The notes: generated from the letters alone by a model not told the origin. 64,000 bases of DNA from Phycisphaerae bacterium (GCA_046541415.1 JBKHDI010000010.1:4284-68283); one strand, 5' to 3'. Shown: positions 22,637 through 33,168, counted from the stretch's first letter. Made by a program: numbers and translations.

Positions 22637-22984
22637 ATGGCCGAACTGGAAGCCTTTGAAAATCCCCACCCGCACCGGGATTTTACCATCATTCACATCG
22701 CGCCGGAATTTACCAGCGTCTGCCCCAAGACGGGTCAGCCCGATTTCGGCGAAATCCGGATCGAGTACATCGCCGATACAAAGTGTGTGGAGCTGAAAAG
22801 CCTGAAATTCTATCTCCAGGACTTCCGCAATACGGGCGTCTTCTATGAGGATGTGGTCAACCGCATCCTCGATGACCTCGTCGAAGCCCTGGCCCCGAGG
22901 CGAATGAAGGTGACCGGCAGCTTCACCCCGCGCGGCGGGATGCATTCGATCGTCGAGGCCTGCTATGAGCGAAACAAAACCTGA
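22637..22984 (+). CDS. queF: NADPH-dependent preQ0 reductase (type I)
   Basis: EFTSVCPKTGQPDF, ELKSLKFY, FTPRGG. Confidence 0.95.
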   Translation: MAELEAFENPHPHRDFTIIHIAPEFTSVCPKTGQPDFGEIRIEYIADTKCVELKSLKFYLQDFRNTGVFYEDVVNRILDDLVEALAPRRMKVTGSFTPRGGMHSIVEACYERNKT

Positions 22985-24104
22985 ACCCGGAAAAGCCGCC
23001 CGCATCGGTCGCGAGACCTTCGCGTGGATCCTCGCCTGCGCCCTGATCGGCCTGCTTGTGCTGATCGGTCTGTACAAACACGAGACCATCCGATCGCAGA
23101 TCACCGCCACCGGCGACCTGGAGATCATGGCCACCAACTACCGCTTTACCGTGGTCGTCGAGGGCGATACCGGAAAGGCCGAGAACGCCCTGGATGACGC
23201 CAAGGCCGTCGCCACGGCCGTCGGGGTCGAGATGAGCACCCACCTGCAGAGCTCCCCGCTGAGCCTGTTCAACCGGGCCGAGGCGATGGAGAAAATCGAA
23301 CTGCCACCCCAGACGATGGAAGTTCTCCAGGCCTCGCGGGAGTTCTACGAACAGACCAGCGGTGCGTTCGACGTGACGATCCTGCCGATCATCCAGCTGT
23401 ACCGTCAGGCAGCTGCCGACCGCAGGAGCCCCACCCAGCAGCAGATCGACGCCGCCCGCGAAGCCTCGCGCTGGGAGGACATCCTCGTGCTGGCCGACGG
23501 GACCGCCATCAAACAACGCTCCAGTGCCGGCTTTGACCTCGGCGGCGTGGCCAAGGGCTACGCGATCGACAAGGCCATGGAGGTGCTGCGAGATGCCGGC
23601 GTGGCCGGGGCGATGGTCGATATCGGCGGGGACCTCCGCGTCTGGGGCGCCGCGCCCGGTGGACAGGCCTGGCGAATCGCCCTGCAAGACCCCTTCCAGC
23701 CGAACAACCCCGATGCGATGCTCTGCCGGCTGGCGATCACCGATGCAGCCGTCTGCACGAGCGGCAACTACCAGCGGGCCTACCAGATCGGCCAGATCCG
23801 ATACAGCCACATCATCGATCCGCGCGATCCGCGCCGCAAAGAGGCAGACCAGTTCCCCGCCTCGGTCACCGTCATCGCCCCGACGGCCATGGTCGCCGAC
23901 GCCTGGGCGACCGCCCTGAGCGTGCTGGGACGCGAGGAAGGCATGGCCCTGCTGGAGAAAGTCGAGGGCGTCGAGGCCCTGCTGGTTTACGGCGACCCGG
24001 ACGATACCCAGTCCTACACCACCCCCGGGTTCAACCAGTACCTGCTGAAAAACCCGCCCGGCCTGGTCCGACAGCAGCCGCAACTGTCCCTGCTGGGACG
24101 TTGA
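22965..24104 (+). CDS. apbE: FAD:protein FMN transferase (ApbE/RnfF family)
   Basis: GAFDVT, DLGGVAKGYAID, DIGGD, TSGNY, YSHIIDP, ADAWATAL; N-terminal TM. Confidence 0.93.
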   Translation: MSETKPEPGKAARIGRETFAWILACALIGLLVLIGLYKHETIRSQITATGDLEIMATNYRFTVVVEGDTGKAENALDDAKAVATAVGVEMSTHLQSSPLSLFNRAEAMEKIELPPQTMEVLQASREFYEQTSGAFDVTILPIIQLYRQAAADRRSPTQQQIDAAREASRWEDILVLADGTAIKQRSSAGFDLGGVAKGYAIDKAMEVLRDAGVAGAMVDIGGDLRVWGAAPGGQAWRIALQDPFQPNNPDAMLCRLAITDAAVCTSGNYQRAYQIGQIRYSHIIDPRDPRRKEADQFPASVTVIAPTAMVADAWATALSVLGREEGMALLEKVEGVEALLVYGDPDDTQSYTTPGFNQYLLKNPPGLVRQQPQLSLLGR

Positions 24105-24105
24105 G

Positions 24106-24945
24106 CTACAGCCCCACCAGCTCGTCCAGGAACGCCTCCAGGCCGTCGGTGTAGACCCGGCCGGACTCGACGAATCCGCCGTTGTGGTCGCCACGGATCT
24201 CCAGGAACCGCTTGGCCTCGCCCGCTGCTGCGAACAAAGATTCGCCATGGCTGTAGCGGATCATCCCGTCTTCGTGGCTGTGGATCACCAGCACCGGGCA
24301 ATCCACGCCGCCCAGATATTCGCGGGTGTTGTAGCTGTACCGCGTCAACAACCGCACCGGAAAGATCGGATACATCTGCCCGGCCAGGTCGGGCACGGAG
24401 GTAAAGGAAGACTCGATGATCAGCCCGGCCGGGGCGACTTGCCTGGCAAGATGGGTGGCGATCGGCCCGCCCAGAGACCGCCCGTGCAGGACAATCCGTT
24501 TCGGGTCGGCCCCTTTGTTGGCAACCAGCCAGTCCCAGGCTGCTCTTGCGTCGGTGTAGGTGCCCTGCTCCGACGGTGAGCCGGCCGAGCGCCCATAGCC
24601 GCGATAGTCAAAGACCAGGGAGTCAAAACCCATCCGATGATAGATCGCGATCGTTTCGATCCGGTGCGAAATGTTCCCGCCGTTGCCGTGACACAGCAGG
24701 ATCGTCCCGCGGGATTCGCCGGCCGCCGGGGTGTAGAAGCCCGTCAGCTTCAGCCCGTCGGGGGAAGTAAACTCCACGAACTCGAAGGCCAGACCGAAAA
24801 TCGACGGGTCCTGCTCGATTTCGCTGGTCGGATGGTAGACCAGGCGGTCCTGCATGAAGTAGAGCAGCAGGCAGAGCGAGATGTAGATCAACCCCGGGGC
24901 AATGAGGAACCACCAGATCATCCTGCGTCGGACCGCCTTTCGCAT
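24106..24945 (-). CDS. Alpha/beta hydrolase with N-terminal membrane anchor
   Basis: HGNGGN, DYRGYG, nucleophile elbow GRSLG, GDHN. Confidence 0.9.
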   Translation of the reverse strand: MRKAVRRRMIWWFLIAPGLIYISLCLLLYFMQDRLVYHPTSEIEQDPSIFGLAFEFVEFTSPDGLKLTGFYTPAAGESRGTILLCHGNGGNISHRIETIAIYHRMGFDSLVFDYRGYGRSAGSPSEQGTYTDARAAWDWLVANKGADPKRIVLHGRSLGGPIATHLARQVAPAGLIIESSFTSVPDLAGQMYPIFPVRLLTRYSYNTREYLGGVDCPVLVIHSHEDGMIRYSHGESLFAAAGEAKRFLEIRGDHNGGFVESGRVYTDGLEAFLDELVGL

Positions 24946-24997
24946 GCTAATATCCCGCCACGAGTCAAGACCCCGCCTCAGCGGCCGCCGGGCTGAT

Positions 24998-25909
24998 TTA
25001 GCCGTGCCACTCAGTATCGTCGACCGTCGTCTTGAAGTCCGCCTGGACGACCTGGGGCACCTGCTCGCCGTCGGTGGCCTGCTTGTCCTTCTCGCTGGGC
25101 TTGCCGACGCTGACCAGCCTCTTCATCGGACACTTGCTGATCGCCAGCTCCAGCGAATCGTCCTTGTCCGGATCGTACTTGTCGTAATCCAGAGTGGGGA
25201 TGTTGTTCTCTACGCTGAAAAGGTCACTGGCCCGGGTGCAGGCCTTGCAGCCGATGCAGCCGACCTTGCAGACGGCCTTGACATCCTTGCCGAAGTCCTT
25301 GTTGGAACAGGAAACGATCGTCATCTCCGACTGCTTGAACGGCACCATCGAGATGATGTTCCGCGGGCAGACCTTCGCACAGGCTCCGCAGCCGGTGCAC
25401 TTGTCGTAGTCTACCGTGGCCAGGCCGTCGATCACGTGAATCGCGTCGAATCGGCAGGACCGGTCGCAGTCGCCGAAGCCCAGACAGCCGTACGTGCAGC
25501 CCTGTACGCCGCCGACGAGATTGGCCGCCGCACAGGTCGGCTCGCCGCGATATTCGTGTCTGCCCAGGCGCTGGGCGTAGTTGGCCCCGCAGTGCACCGC
25601 CGGCCGATAGGGCCACGATTCTTCCAGCTCGACACCGAGAATCTCTGCGATGCGGGCGGCGCAGCTTTCCCCGCCGACCGGACAGCCGTCCGGGCTGGCC
25701 TTGCCTTCGACGACGCCCTCGGCAAACTCGCCACAACCGACAAACCCGCACCCGCCGCAGTTGGCGCCGGGCAAGACATCCGTCACCGCTTCGACCCGCG
25801 GATCGACCTCGACGTGAAAGGCCCGGTTCGCCCAGCCCAGCACGATGGCCATGAACACCGCCAACACGAGCATCGTCGCCCCGGCCAGGATGATAATCAT
25901 CGGATCCAT
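24998..25909 (-). CDS. rnfB: Rnf electron transport complex subunit B
   Basis: N-terminal TM, LPGANCGGCGFVGC, several CxxCxxCxxxCP ferredoxin motifs. Start MDPM. Confidence 0.93.
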   Translation of the reverse strand: MDPMIIILAGATMLVLAVFMAIVLGWANRAFHVEVDPRVEAVTDVLPGANCGGCGFVGCGEFAEGVVEGKASPDGCPVGGESCAARIAEILGVELEESWPYRPAVHCGANYAQRLGRHEYRGEPTCAAANLVGGVQGCTYGCLGFGDCDRSCRFDAIHVIDGLATVDYDKCTGCGACAKVCPRNIISMVPFKQSEMTIVSCSNKDFGKDVKAVCKVGCIGCKACTRASDLFSVENNIPTLDYDKYDPDKDDSLELAISKCPMKRLVSVGKPSEKDKQATDGEQVPQVVQADFKTTVDDTEWHG

Positions 25910-25935
25910 CTTCCAACCTCTATCTTCAGCCGAGC

Positions 25936-26823
25936 CTACTCGGCCAGGTTCGCTTCGACCGTCGCTGCGACGGGCTTGAGGAAGGCAGAGCCTTCCGGGA
26001 TTTCTACGCCGAAATTCCGCTGCCAGATCGCCTGGAGCTTCTCTGCGGGATGACAACCGTTGCCGTCTCCGACACAGCCAGCCTTGCCCTTGCGCAATTC
26101 CTTGTGCCAATCCGGCTCGGCCGGGAACTGCGCCACCACCCCTTCTTGCTTTTCGGCGGGCATCATGATGTTCTCCAACGTCCGGTCCATCCCGGCAAAG
26201 CCGCCGAAGGCCATCGCCAGAATCCCGGCGACGACCAGGGTAATGCCCGGTCCTTTCATCGCCGCAGGCACGTCGCAGAGGTCCAGCTCTTCACGAATAC
26301 CTGCCATGATAACAATTGCGATGGTAAAACCCAAACCGGCTGCAATGGCCATGACCATCGATTGGCCCAGGTCCCAGTTGGGCCCGGTATCGGCGGCCAC
26401 GTTGGCCAGGATGATCAGGCACGCGAAAAGAATCGCGCAGTTGGTGGTAATCAGCGGCAGGAACACGCCGAAAGATTTGTACAGCGGCGGGAAGAACTTC
26501 CGCAGGTACATCTCGACGAACTGGACGCTCGAGGCGATCACGAAGATGTAGATGATGTAGCTGAGGATTCGCAGGTCGGCCCCTTCGCCGAGGATCATCG
26601 CCGAGACGGGCGCGCCCGGACGGAGCACGAAGTAGGTGAACACCCACGAGAGGAAGCAGGCCACGGACATCACGAAGGTCACGGCGCATCCCATGCCGAA
26701 GGCCATGTCCACCCGTCGCGAGACGCCGATAAACGGGCAGATGCCCACGAACGAGTAGAGCACGAAGTTGTTGATGATCGCCGAGACCACGGCGATCAGC
26801 ACGAGGCTGCTGAGGTATTCCAT
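25936..26823 (-). CDS. rnfA: Rnf subunit A with C-terminal extension
   Basis: NNFVL...[29 protein letters not shown]. Start MEYL. Confidence 0.92.
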   Translation of the reverse strand: MEYLSSLVLIAVVSAIINNFVLYSFVGICPFIGVSRRVDMAFGMGCAVTFVMSVACFLSWVFTYFVLRPGAPVSAMILGEGADLRILSYIIYIFVIASSVQFVEMYLRKFFPPLYKSFGVFLPLITTNCAILFACLIILANVAADTGPNWDLGQSMVMAIAAGLGFTIAIVIMAGIREELDLCDVPAAMKGPGITLVVAGILAMAFGGFAGMDRTLENIMMPAEKQEGVVAQFPAEPDWHKELRKGKAGCVGDGNGCHPAEKLQAIWQRNFGVEIPEGSAFLKPVAATVEANLAE

Positions 26824-27479
26824 CAGGCGGTCTCCGTCGCTTGTGCGGTGGCGGTGGCGGGTTTCTTGCGGGCCAGGCGGGCGGCGGCGATCCAGTTGGC
26901 CAGGCCCAGCAGCAGCCCGAGGCTGATAAACGCCCCTGCAGCCGCGGCCATCACGCCCCACTTGGGGAAGCTGTCCGGCAGGATCTGCTGGCCGAACCAC
27001 GTCCCGAAGCCCAGGATCTCACGGACCGAGGCGATTGACGCCAGGGCCAGGGCAAACCCCAGCGACTGGCCCACCGCATCGGAGGCCGCCGTGAAAACGC
27101 CCTGCTTGGACGCACAGACCTCGCAGCGGCAGATGATGACGCAGTTGACGATGATCAGCGGGATGTACGGGCCCAGCTGCTTGGACATCTGGTACATGTA
27201 GGCGGCCAGCGTCCGGTCGGCGATGGTCACGAATGTGGCGATGGTCAGCGTGAAGACCAGGATCCGCAGGTGGGGCTTGAGCAGCCCCCGCAGCAGGGAG
27301 GTCAGGATGTTCGCGCAGATCAGCACGAAGGCCACCGCGGCCGACATCGTCATCGCCGAAGCCATCGTCGCCGTAACCGCAAGGGTCGGACACATCCCCA
27401 GCAGCTGGCGATAGACGGGGTTCTCCGGCAGGATGCCCTGGATGAACCGTTCAGTCGGGGTCGGGCCGTCATTCGGCAT
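26823..27479 (-). CDS. rnfE: Rnf subunit E
   Basis: [34 protein letters not shown]. Confidence 0.93.
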   Translation of the reverse strand: MPNDGPTPTERFIQGILPENPVYRQLLGMCPTLAVTATMASAMTMSAAVAFVLICANILTSLLRGLLKPHLRILVFTLTIATFVTIADRTLAAYMYQMSKQLGPYIPLIIVNCVIICRCEVCASKQGVFTAASDAVGQSLGFALALASIASVREILGFGTWFGQQILPDSFPKWGVMAAAAGAFISLGLLLGLANWIAAARLARKKPATATAQATETA

Positions 27480-28110
27480 CTTCGCCTCGCCTTTCTTCCT
27501 GGGCATCGAGTCGCTCGGACTCCAGAGGCCTCTCTACCGGTTGATCTTCAAACAGGACCTTGCGGAAATTCCGCACGCCCTGGTTGACGATGGTCACCAC
27601 CGCCGTGGAGGAAATCGTCGCACCGGTGATTCCTTCGACCTGTCCCTCGCCGGCCGGACCCTTCTTGACCAGCGTCACCGGACCCGTCGCGTCGAGATTC
27701 TCGAACCGCCCGCGGAAAGACGGCAGGATGACCTTGTTGCCCAGCTCGGGCGTTTCCTTCTGTTCCAGCACGTAAATGCCCTTGATCGTCTGGAGCATCT
27801 CGTCCAGGCCGATCATCACCGTCACGTCCCCGCCGTATCCGGGGCCCTTGGCCTGGATGGCCCAGCCGATGGTCTTGCCCTCGGCGTCCAGGGCCCGCGC
27901 CACCGGCAGACCGTACGTCTGGCCCAGCTGTTCATCCAGCTCGGCCCTGGCCGCTGCGGGAATCAGGGCTGGGACCTGCGAGAGCATCTCGTTTCGCTTG
28001 TTTTCTTCGATGATCGGCCCGAGGCTCATCTCCACAGCCGCCAGACCCGCGCCCATGCACAGGGCCAGGGCCAGAATCAGCCACGCCTGGACCAGGTATT
28101 CTTTCCGCAT
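27469..28110 (-). CDS. rnfG: Rnf subunit G (FMN-binding)
   Basis: N-terminal TM, GYGG, ETPELG, flavinylation motif ITGATISS. Confidence 0.92.
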   Translation of the reverse strand: MRKEYLVQAWLILALALCMGAGLAAVEMSLGPIIEENKRNEMLSQVPALIPAAARAELDEQLGQTYGLPVARALDAEGKTIGWAIQAKGPGYGGDVTVMIGLDEMLQTIKGIYVLEQKETPELGNKVILPSFRGRFENLDATGPVTLVKKGPAGEGQVEGITGATISSTAVVTIVNQGVRNFRKVLFEDQPVERPLESERLDAQEERRGEDAE

Positions 28111-28120
28111 CGCGGGCTCC

Positions 28121-29155
28121 TTACTTTCTGACCGGCACGGGGCCGCCTACAGGTTTCGGAATCGTCCAGCGGTTGATCAGCGGCACGACCGCGTTCATCA
28201 GCAGCACCGAGAACATCACGCCTTCAGGATAACTCGACAGCAGACGGATGAGCATGATCAACAATCCAACGCCGATGCCGAAGATCCACTTGCCCCTATG
28301 CGTCAGCGGGCTGGAAACCGGGTCGGTGGCGATGAAGAACGCTCCGAAAAGCATCGCCCCGCCGGCGACGTGGTCGTAGACCGTCGCCTGACCCAGTCCG
28401 CCGATCAACTGGGCAAAGCCCGCTACGACAACGACCGTCGCGATGATCCCCACCGGAATCCGCCAGGAGGCCGTCCGCCGGATCAGCAGGTACAGCCCGC
28501 CCAGCAGACAGGCGATGGCATTGACCTCGCCCAGCGAGCCGTTGATGGTCCCGACTGTCATGTCCACCGGATCCGGGGCTTCCAGGCCCGCGCTTTCGGC
28601 CTTGAGAACTGTCAGCGGCGTGGCCTTGGTCACCACGTCGACCGACGCATCCGGCTGGACGTAGCCGCCGGTCGACGCGCCCAGCAGGCCGGTAAAGGCC
28701 AATACCACAAATGCCCGCCCCACCATCGCAGGATTAAAGATGTTCTGTCCCAGCGAGCCGAAAATGACCTTGCCCAGGCCGATCGCGACGAATCCGCCCA
28801 GCACGCTGACGTACCAGCCGGACGCCCCGGCCACCGCGGGCAGGGACATCGCCAGGATCACGCCGGTGACCACGGCCGAGAAGTCCCCCAGCTGGGGCTT
28901 CCTGCCGCGCATCTTCATAAACAGCCACTCCGCTGCAACGCAACTGCCCACGCAGAGCACCAGCGTGCCGGCTGCGTACATCTGGAAGTTGTACAGCGAC
29001 CAGAGCACGACCGGCGCCAGGCCGATCAGCACGTCGATCATCATCCGGCGCGTCGTCAGGCTGCGGTCGAACAGGTGAGGCCCAGGCGCCACGTGCAGAG
29101 GTTTCTTCGCCCCGCCGGCCTGGGCCTGTTCGGGGCTGCTTGTCACTTGTGTCAT
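28121..29155 (-). CDS. rnfD: Rnf subunit D
   Basis: GQNIFNPAMVG, VTKATPL, GSLGEV, FFIATDPVSSP, YPEGV. Confidence 0.94.
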   Translation of the reverse strand: MTQVTSSPEQAQAGGAKKPLHVAPGPHLFDRSLTTRRMMIDVLIGLAPVVLWSLYNFQMYAAGTLVLCVGSCVAAEWLFMKMRGRKPQLGDFSAVVTGVILAMSLPAVAGASGWYVSVLGGFVAIGLGKVIFGSLGQNIFNPAMVGRAFVVLAFTGLLGASTGGYVQPDASVDVVTKATPLTVLKAESAGLEAPDPVDMTVGTINGSLGEVNAIACLLGGLYLLIRRTASWRIPVGIIATVVVVAGFAQLIGGLGQATVYDHVAGGAMLFGAFFIATDPVSSPLTHRGKWIFGIGVGLLIMLIRLLSSYPEGVMFSVLLMNAVVPLINRWTIPKPVGGPVPVRK

Positions 29156-29216
29156 GTGTCTCTTTGCTCTCCAGGAATCGGTCGCGGTGGGCGGCTTGCT
29201 GCGTGATCCGGGGCGG

Positions 29217-30572
29217 CTATTCGCGCGGCATCTGGGCTTTTCCCATGCGCATCAACTGCACCAGCGGAATCCCCGCCGGGCAGGTGTAGGCGCAACAGCC
29301 GCACTCCATGCAGGCCTGCATGTGGTAGGTCCTGGCCAGGTCCCACTGCTTCTGACGGGCAGCCAGGGCGATCTTCGTCGGCACAAGATTCAGCGGGCAG
29401 ACGTCTACGCAGCGGCCGCAACGGACGCAGCGAGTCTCCTCGGTCCGGGCGATGTCTTCGGCGGTCAGTACGGTCACCCCGCTGGTGCCCTTGGTGACCA
29501 CCGCGTCCAGATCGCCCAAAGCAAAGCCCATCATCGGCCCGCCGGCAACAACCCGGGCGGCCGAATCATTCAGCCCGCCGGCGAAATCGATCAACTGGCC
29601 ATACGTCACGCCGATCGGGGCCAGGATGTTCCTGGGCGTGTTGACACCCCCGCCGGAAACGGTGATCACGCGGTGGGTCAGGGGTTTTCCCCGCAGCACA
29701 GCCCGGGCCAGCGCCGCGGCCGTGCCGACGTTGATCACCACCACCCCGACGTCCAGCGGCAGCCCGCCGGTGGGCACTTCGCGGCCCAGCGAGGCCTTGA
29801 TCGTCTGCTTCTCGCCGCCCATCGGATACTGTGTGTGCAGGGAGGCAACCTGGATGTCCGTCCCGGCCGCGGCCTTGCACAACGCATCGATCGCGGCAGG
29901 CTTGTTGTCCTCGACGGCGATGAGGATCTGCCTGGCGCCCGTCGCCCGGGCAGCCAGCAGGGCGCCGGTCACGATCGGGGCCGGGTATTCGAGCATCAGG
30001 CGGTAGTCGGCGGTCAGGAACGGTTCGCACTCGCAGCCGTTGACGAGGATCGTGTCGATCGGCTTGGCCGGGTTGGTCGTCAACTTCACCGAGGTCGGAA
30101 AGGCCGCCCCCCCCAGCCCCACCAGGCCGGCCTGGCGGGCTGCGTCGGCGATCTGCGCGGGCTGGAAGGAATCCATCTTGCCCGTCGGCCAGTCGCCGCC
30201 GAAGATCTCGGCGCGGATTTCCTCGGCCGTGGGCCTTTCGTCACCGGCGTCGATGGGCACGGTGGGCACATGTCTGCCGTTGGGCAGGGTCGTCACCGTC
30301 TCGCGCCCCGCGGTTCCGGCGATCGAGGCGTGGACCGGTGCGGAGATGAACGCGTCGGTGTCGCCGATCTTCTCGCCCCAGGTAAGCTCCTGCTTGGGCT
30401 TGACCAGGTTTCGGCACGGCGCGCCGGTGTGCTGGAGCAGCGGGATCGAGACGGCCTCCGGGCTGGGCAGGACCTCGATGGCTGCATCGGCGGCAAACTG
30501 CTTGTTGTCCGGCGGGTGGACGCCGCGGGCGAACTTGCCGGTTCCACCCGGCAGGACTTGGGCATTGCTCAT
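29217..30572 (-). CDS. rnfC: Rnf subunit C
   Basis: QHTGAP, GLGGAAFPT, NGCECEPFLTAD, GGPMMG, CVRCGRCVDVCP, CMECGCCAYTCP. Start may be 30590. Confidence 0.95.
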   Translation of the reverse strand: MSNAQVLPGGTGKFARGVHPPDNKQFAADAAIEVLPSPEAVSIPLLQHTGAPCRNLVKPKQELTWGEKIGDTDAFISAPVHASIAGTAGRETVTTLPNGRHVPTVPIDAGDERPTAEEIRAEIFGGDWPTGKMDSFQPAQIADAARQAGLVGLGGAAFPTSVKLTTNPAKPIDTILVNGCECEPFLTADYRLMLEYPAPIVTGALLAARATGARQILIAVEDNKPAAIDALCKAAAGTDIQVASLHTQYPMGGEKQTIKASLGREVPTGGLPLDVGVVVINVGTAAALARAVLRGKPLTHRVITVSGGGVNTPRNILAPIGVTYGQLIDFAGGLNDSAARVVAGGPMMGFALGDLDAVVTKGTSGVTVLTAEDIARTEETRCVRCGRCVDVCPLNLVPTKIALAARQKQWDLARTYHMQACMECGCCAYTCPAGIPLVQLMRMGKAQMPRE

Positions 30573-30892
30573 GCCATCTCCTTGTTGCATCGCAGTTTAC
30601 GAACGACAGGACCGGCGGCAACCGCCCCGAGAACCAGCCCGACCACCGCGGCGAGGACCGTCAGGCCCGATCGCAGCGTGCCCGGTGCCATGGTCTGAGA
30701 AACGGCACCGGCCGCACCGGCCGCCAAGGCCAGCGGGGCCACGAACGCCATTGCCGCCGCACTTGCCAGCCGCCAGCCGCTGTAGGAGGCGTCGCCTGCA
30801 GCGCAGGCCGGGTCCTCCCCGTCGCGACTGGCCGAACAGGTCGGACAGTGGCCCGGGCAGGAGAACGGTTTGTCGGGGGTCGAATCGTGCAT
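30569..30892 (-). CDS. Small RseC/MucC-like membrane protein leading the rnf operon
   Basis: CPGHCPTC cysteine cluster followed by two TM segments (AAMAFVAPL...), positioned directly upstream of rnfC. Confidence 0.55.
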   Translation of the reverse strand: MHDSTPDKPFSCPGHCPTCSASRDGEDPACAAGDASYSGWRLASAAAMAFVAPLALAAGAAGAVSQTMAPGTLRSGLTVLAAVVGLVLGAVAAGPVVRKLRCNKEMA

Positions 30893-30966
30893 CGGATTTC
30901 GGTCGCTCTGCCATTCACCGAGCGGCTGCGGGTGCGTCCTTCCGCCCGGCTCGGCAAAAGAGAGGC

Positions 30967-30995
30967 ATTGTACAGACCGCCGCAAAGCCTGTAAA
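30967..30995 (-). promoter_or_regulatory. Sigma70-like promoter of the rnf operon
   Basis: Minus strand TTTACA-N17-TACAAT. Confidence 0.55.
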
Positions 30996-31098
30996 GAACT
31001 CCGAACCTCAAGGATTCTAACAGAACCACGTCAGCCTGTTCAACGCGCCCAGTCGAGGCTTGGCGGATCGGGTCAGGACGGGTAGACTCACCAGCTGT

Positions 31099-31779
31099 AT
31101 GAACAAGGTCAGCGTCATCCTGCCCGCCGCCGGCAGCGGCTCGCGATTCGGGGCATCGGCGAACAAGATATTCCAGCCCCTGGCGGGCGTACCTATTTTC
31201 CTGCGCACCTGCAGCCGCTTTGCGGCCCGGGCGGACGTTTCGCAACTGCTGTTGATCGTATCGGCCGAGGACACCGAACGACTCCAGACCGAATTCGCCC
31301 CGCAGCTGGCGGAGTTGGGCGTGCAGCTGGTCGGCGGCGGACCCACCCGGACCGACTCGGTCCGCAACGCCCTGGCCAAGGTCGACGCCGAGGCCGACCT
31401 GGTCGCCGTCCACGACGCCGTCCGCCCCTGCGTGCGAAGCTGCGACCTGGATGCCGTCTTCGCCGCCGCCGGCCGACACGGCGCGGCCATGCTGGCCTGG
31501 CCCGAGCACGCGACGCTCAAACGCGTCGATGCCGACCGGATCATCCGTCAAACCGTCGACCGCAGCGGCCTCTGGCAGGCCCAGACCCCCCAGGTCTTCC
31601 GCAGAGACTGGCTGGTCGAAGCCTACCGCGCTGCCCAGAGCTCCGCGACCGACGACGCAGGCCTGGTCGAAGCGATCGGCCACGCTGTCCGCATTGTCCA
31701 AGGCGACCCGCGCAACCTGAAAATCACCACCCCAGCCGATCTGGAGATCGCCCAGGCAGTCTGGCCGACGATTCAGTAA
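31099..31779 (+). CDS. ispD: 2-C-methyl-D-erythritol 4-phosphate cytidylyltransferase
   Basis: PAAGSGSRFG, RTDSV, VHDAVRP, QTPQVF, TDDA, NLKITTPADL. Confidence 0.93.
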   Translation: MNKVSVILPAAGSGSRFGASANKIFQPLAGVPIFLRTCSRFAARADVSQLLLIVSAEDTERLQTEFAPQLAELGVQLVGGGPTRTDSVRNALAKVDAEADLVAVHDAVRPCVRSCDLDAVFAAAGRHGAAMLAWPEHATLKRVDADRIIRQTVDRSGLWQAQTPQVFRRDWLVEAYRAAQSSATDDAGLVEAIGHAVRIVQGDPRNLKITTPADLEIAQAVWPTIQ

Positions 31780-31860
31780 GGCCAAGGGGCTGGACCTCGA
31801 CAGCAGCTTGTGTGGTAGAATGGGCGGCTGAGAGTTTCCTCAAGTTTATGGAGAACCGCC

Positions 31861-33168
31861 ATGTCCTGCTGCCAGTCTGCCGGCCTGTTCGCCCTGACAA
31901 CCGCCCTGCTTCTGACCAGCCTGCCCGCCCCGGGTTGGGCACAGAACAAGAGCGGCTGGGAGGTCCGAACAATCGCATCCAACGCCACCTACGGCTGTCG
32001 AAGGCCTTTCGGAGCAGGCGTTTACGATCCAGACACCAACAGTACCACCGTTTGCTGGAATGGTGAGGGAATGAGCGTCTACGCCCGCCGGTTCGACCAC
32101 AAGACCGCTACCTGGGGCCCGGCCAGACGCGTCTGGAAGAATGCATGGTTCACCAAGTGGGACTACCACAACTACCCCACGGTCGTGCTGGCCCCCGACG
32201 GCCATCTGTTGATCTTCTTCTTCCAGCACTCCAGCAAGGCGTACATGCTCCGCTCGCCATCTCCGGGCGCCATCGAGGGTACATGGACGCGGACGCTCCT
32301 GCCGGCCAGCCGCCCTGCCTACCCAATGCCCATCGTCTGCGGCGAGGAGGTCTACCTCTTTTACAGCCGCAGCGACAACATCTCGCAGGCCTACCGGACG
32401 TATCGCTACATCAAGTCCGCCGACAACGGCAAGACGTGGTCTCAGCCCCGGATGGCCATTGACTCCCAGCAGAAGGTCCCGGGTCGGTTCGATGAGGTCT
32501 ACGCGATTGACTGTCACGTTGTCCCGGCCGCGGCAGGCAGGCCCGCTCGGATCCAGCTGACTTGGGAGATGCACGGCGGGCCAGGTCACAACATCGGCTC
32601 GCGGAACAACCATTTCGTCTACTTCCTGCCTCGAACGGGCAAGTTCCAGGCCGTCGACGGGACGGACCTGGGCGAATGGGTCGATTTCACCGAAATGGAA
32701 AACAAGTGCGTGGTCCACCGCGGCGGGGCCCGGACCGGCCATCCGATGGGCTACTCGATCACCACGGCCAGCCTGTCCGACGCCGCGCCGCTGGTGCTTT
32801 ACCGCGACGGGGCCAAGCGCTTCCTGGCGGTATGGGACGGCCAGGCGTGGACGCAACGCCCGACCCCCCCATCGACGGGCGATATCGCTCGGACAAGCGA
32901 AGGCAGGCTGCGGATCTTCGGTTCCGCCAGCAGGCAATTGGCCATCCACGAATCCGCAGACGGCGGAAAGAGCTGGCGGAAAGTCTGGGCGGGGGCGTTT
33001 CCGCATGCCGACGGTTCGGACTCGACCTGCAACCGCGGCCTGATCACAAACGCCCACCCGGACATCCCGGCCATGCTCTGCGGCAAGAACAGCCAGACCA
33101 GCAAGTCCGACTACTCAGGCCGATGGCCTGTGGTGATCATCGGCAACACGGGTCCCGTAGATCGCTAA
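31861..33168 (+). CDS. Secreted BNR-4/Asp-box beta-propeller protein (possible carbohydrate-active enzyme)
   Basis: Signal peptide, DYHNYPTVVLAPDGHL, Asp-boxes SADNGKTW and SADGGKSW. Confidence 0.75.
   Translation: MSCCQSAGLFALTTALLLTSLPAPGWAQNKSGWEVRTIASNATYGCRRPFGAGVYDPDTNSTTVCWNGEGMSVYARRFDHKTATWGPARRVWKNAWFTKWDYHNYPTVVLAPDGHLLIFFFQHSSKAYMLRSPSPGAIEGTWTRTLLPASRPAYPMPIVCGEEVYLFYSRSDNISQAYRTYRYIKSADNGKTWSQPRMAIDSQQKVPGRFDEVYAIDCHVVPAAAGRPARIQLTWEMHGGPGHNIGSRNNHFVYFLPRTGKFQAVDGTDLGEWVDFTEMENKCVVHRGGARTGHPMGYSITTASLSDAAPLVLYRDGAKRFLAVWDGQAWTQRPTPPSTGDIARTSEGRLRIFGSASRQLAIHESADGGKSWRKVWAGAFPHADGSDSTCNRGLITNAHPDIPAMLCGKNSQTSKSDYSGRWPVVIIGNTGPVDR

Noticed and set aside
21840-22984. queC/queF as part of a 7-deazaguanine DNA-modification (dpd) system
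   Set aside because: No dpdA/tgt-like or other dpd genes are nearby; QueF points to ordinary queuosine tRNA synthesis.
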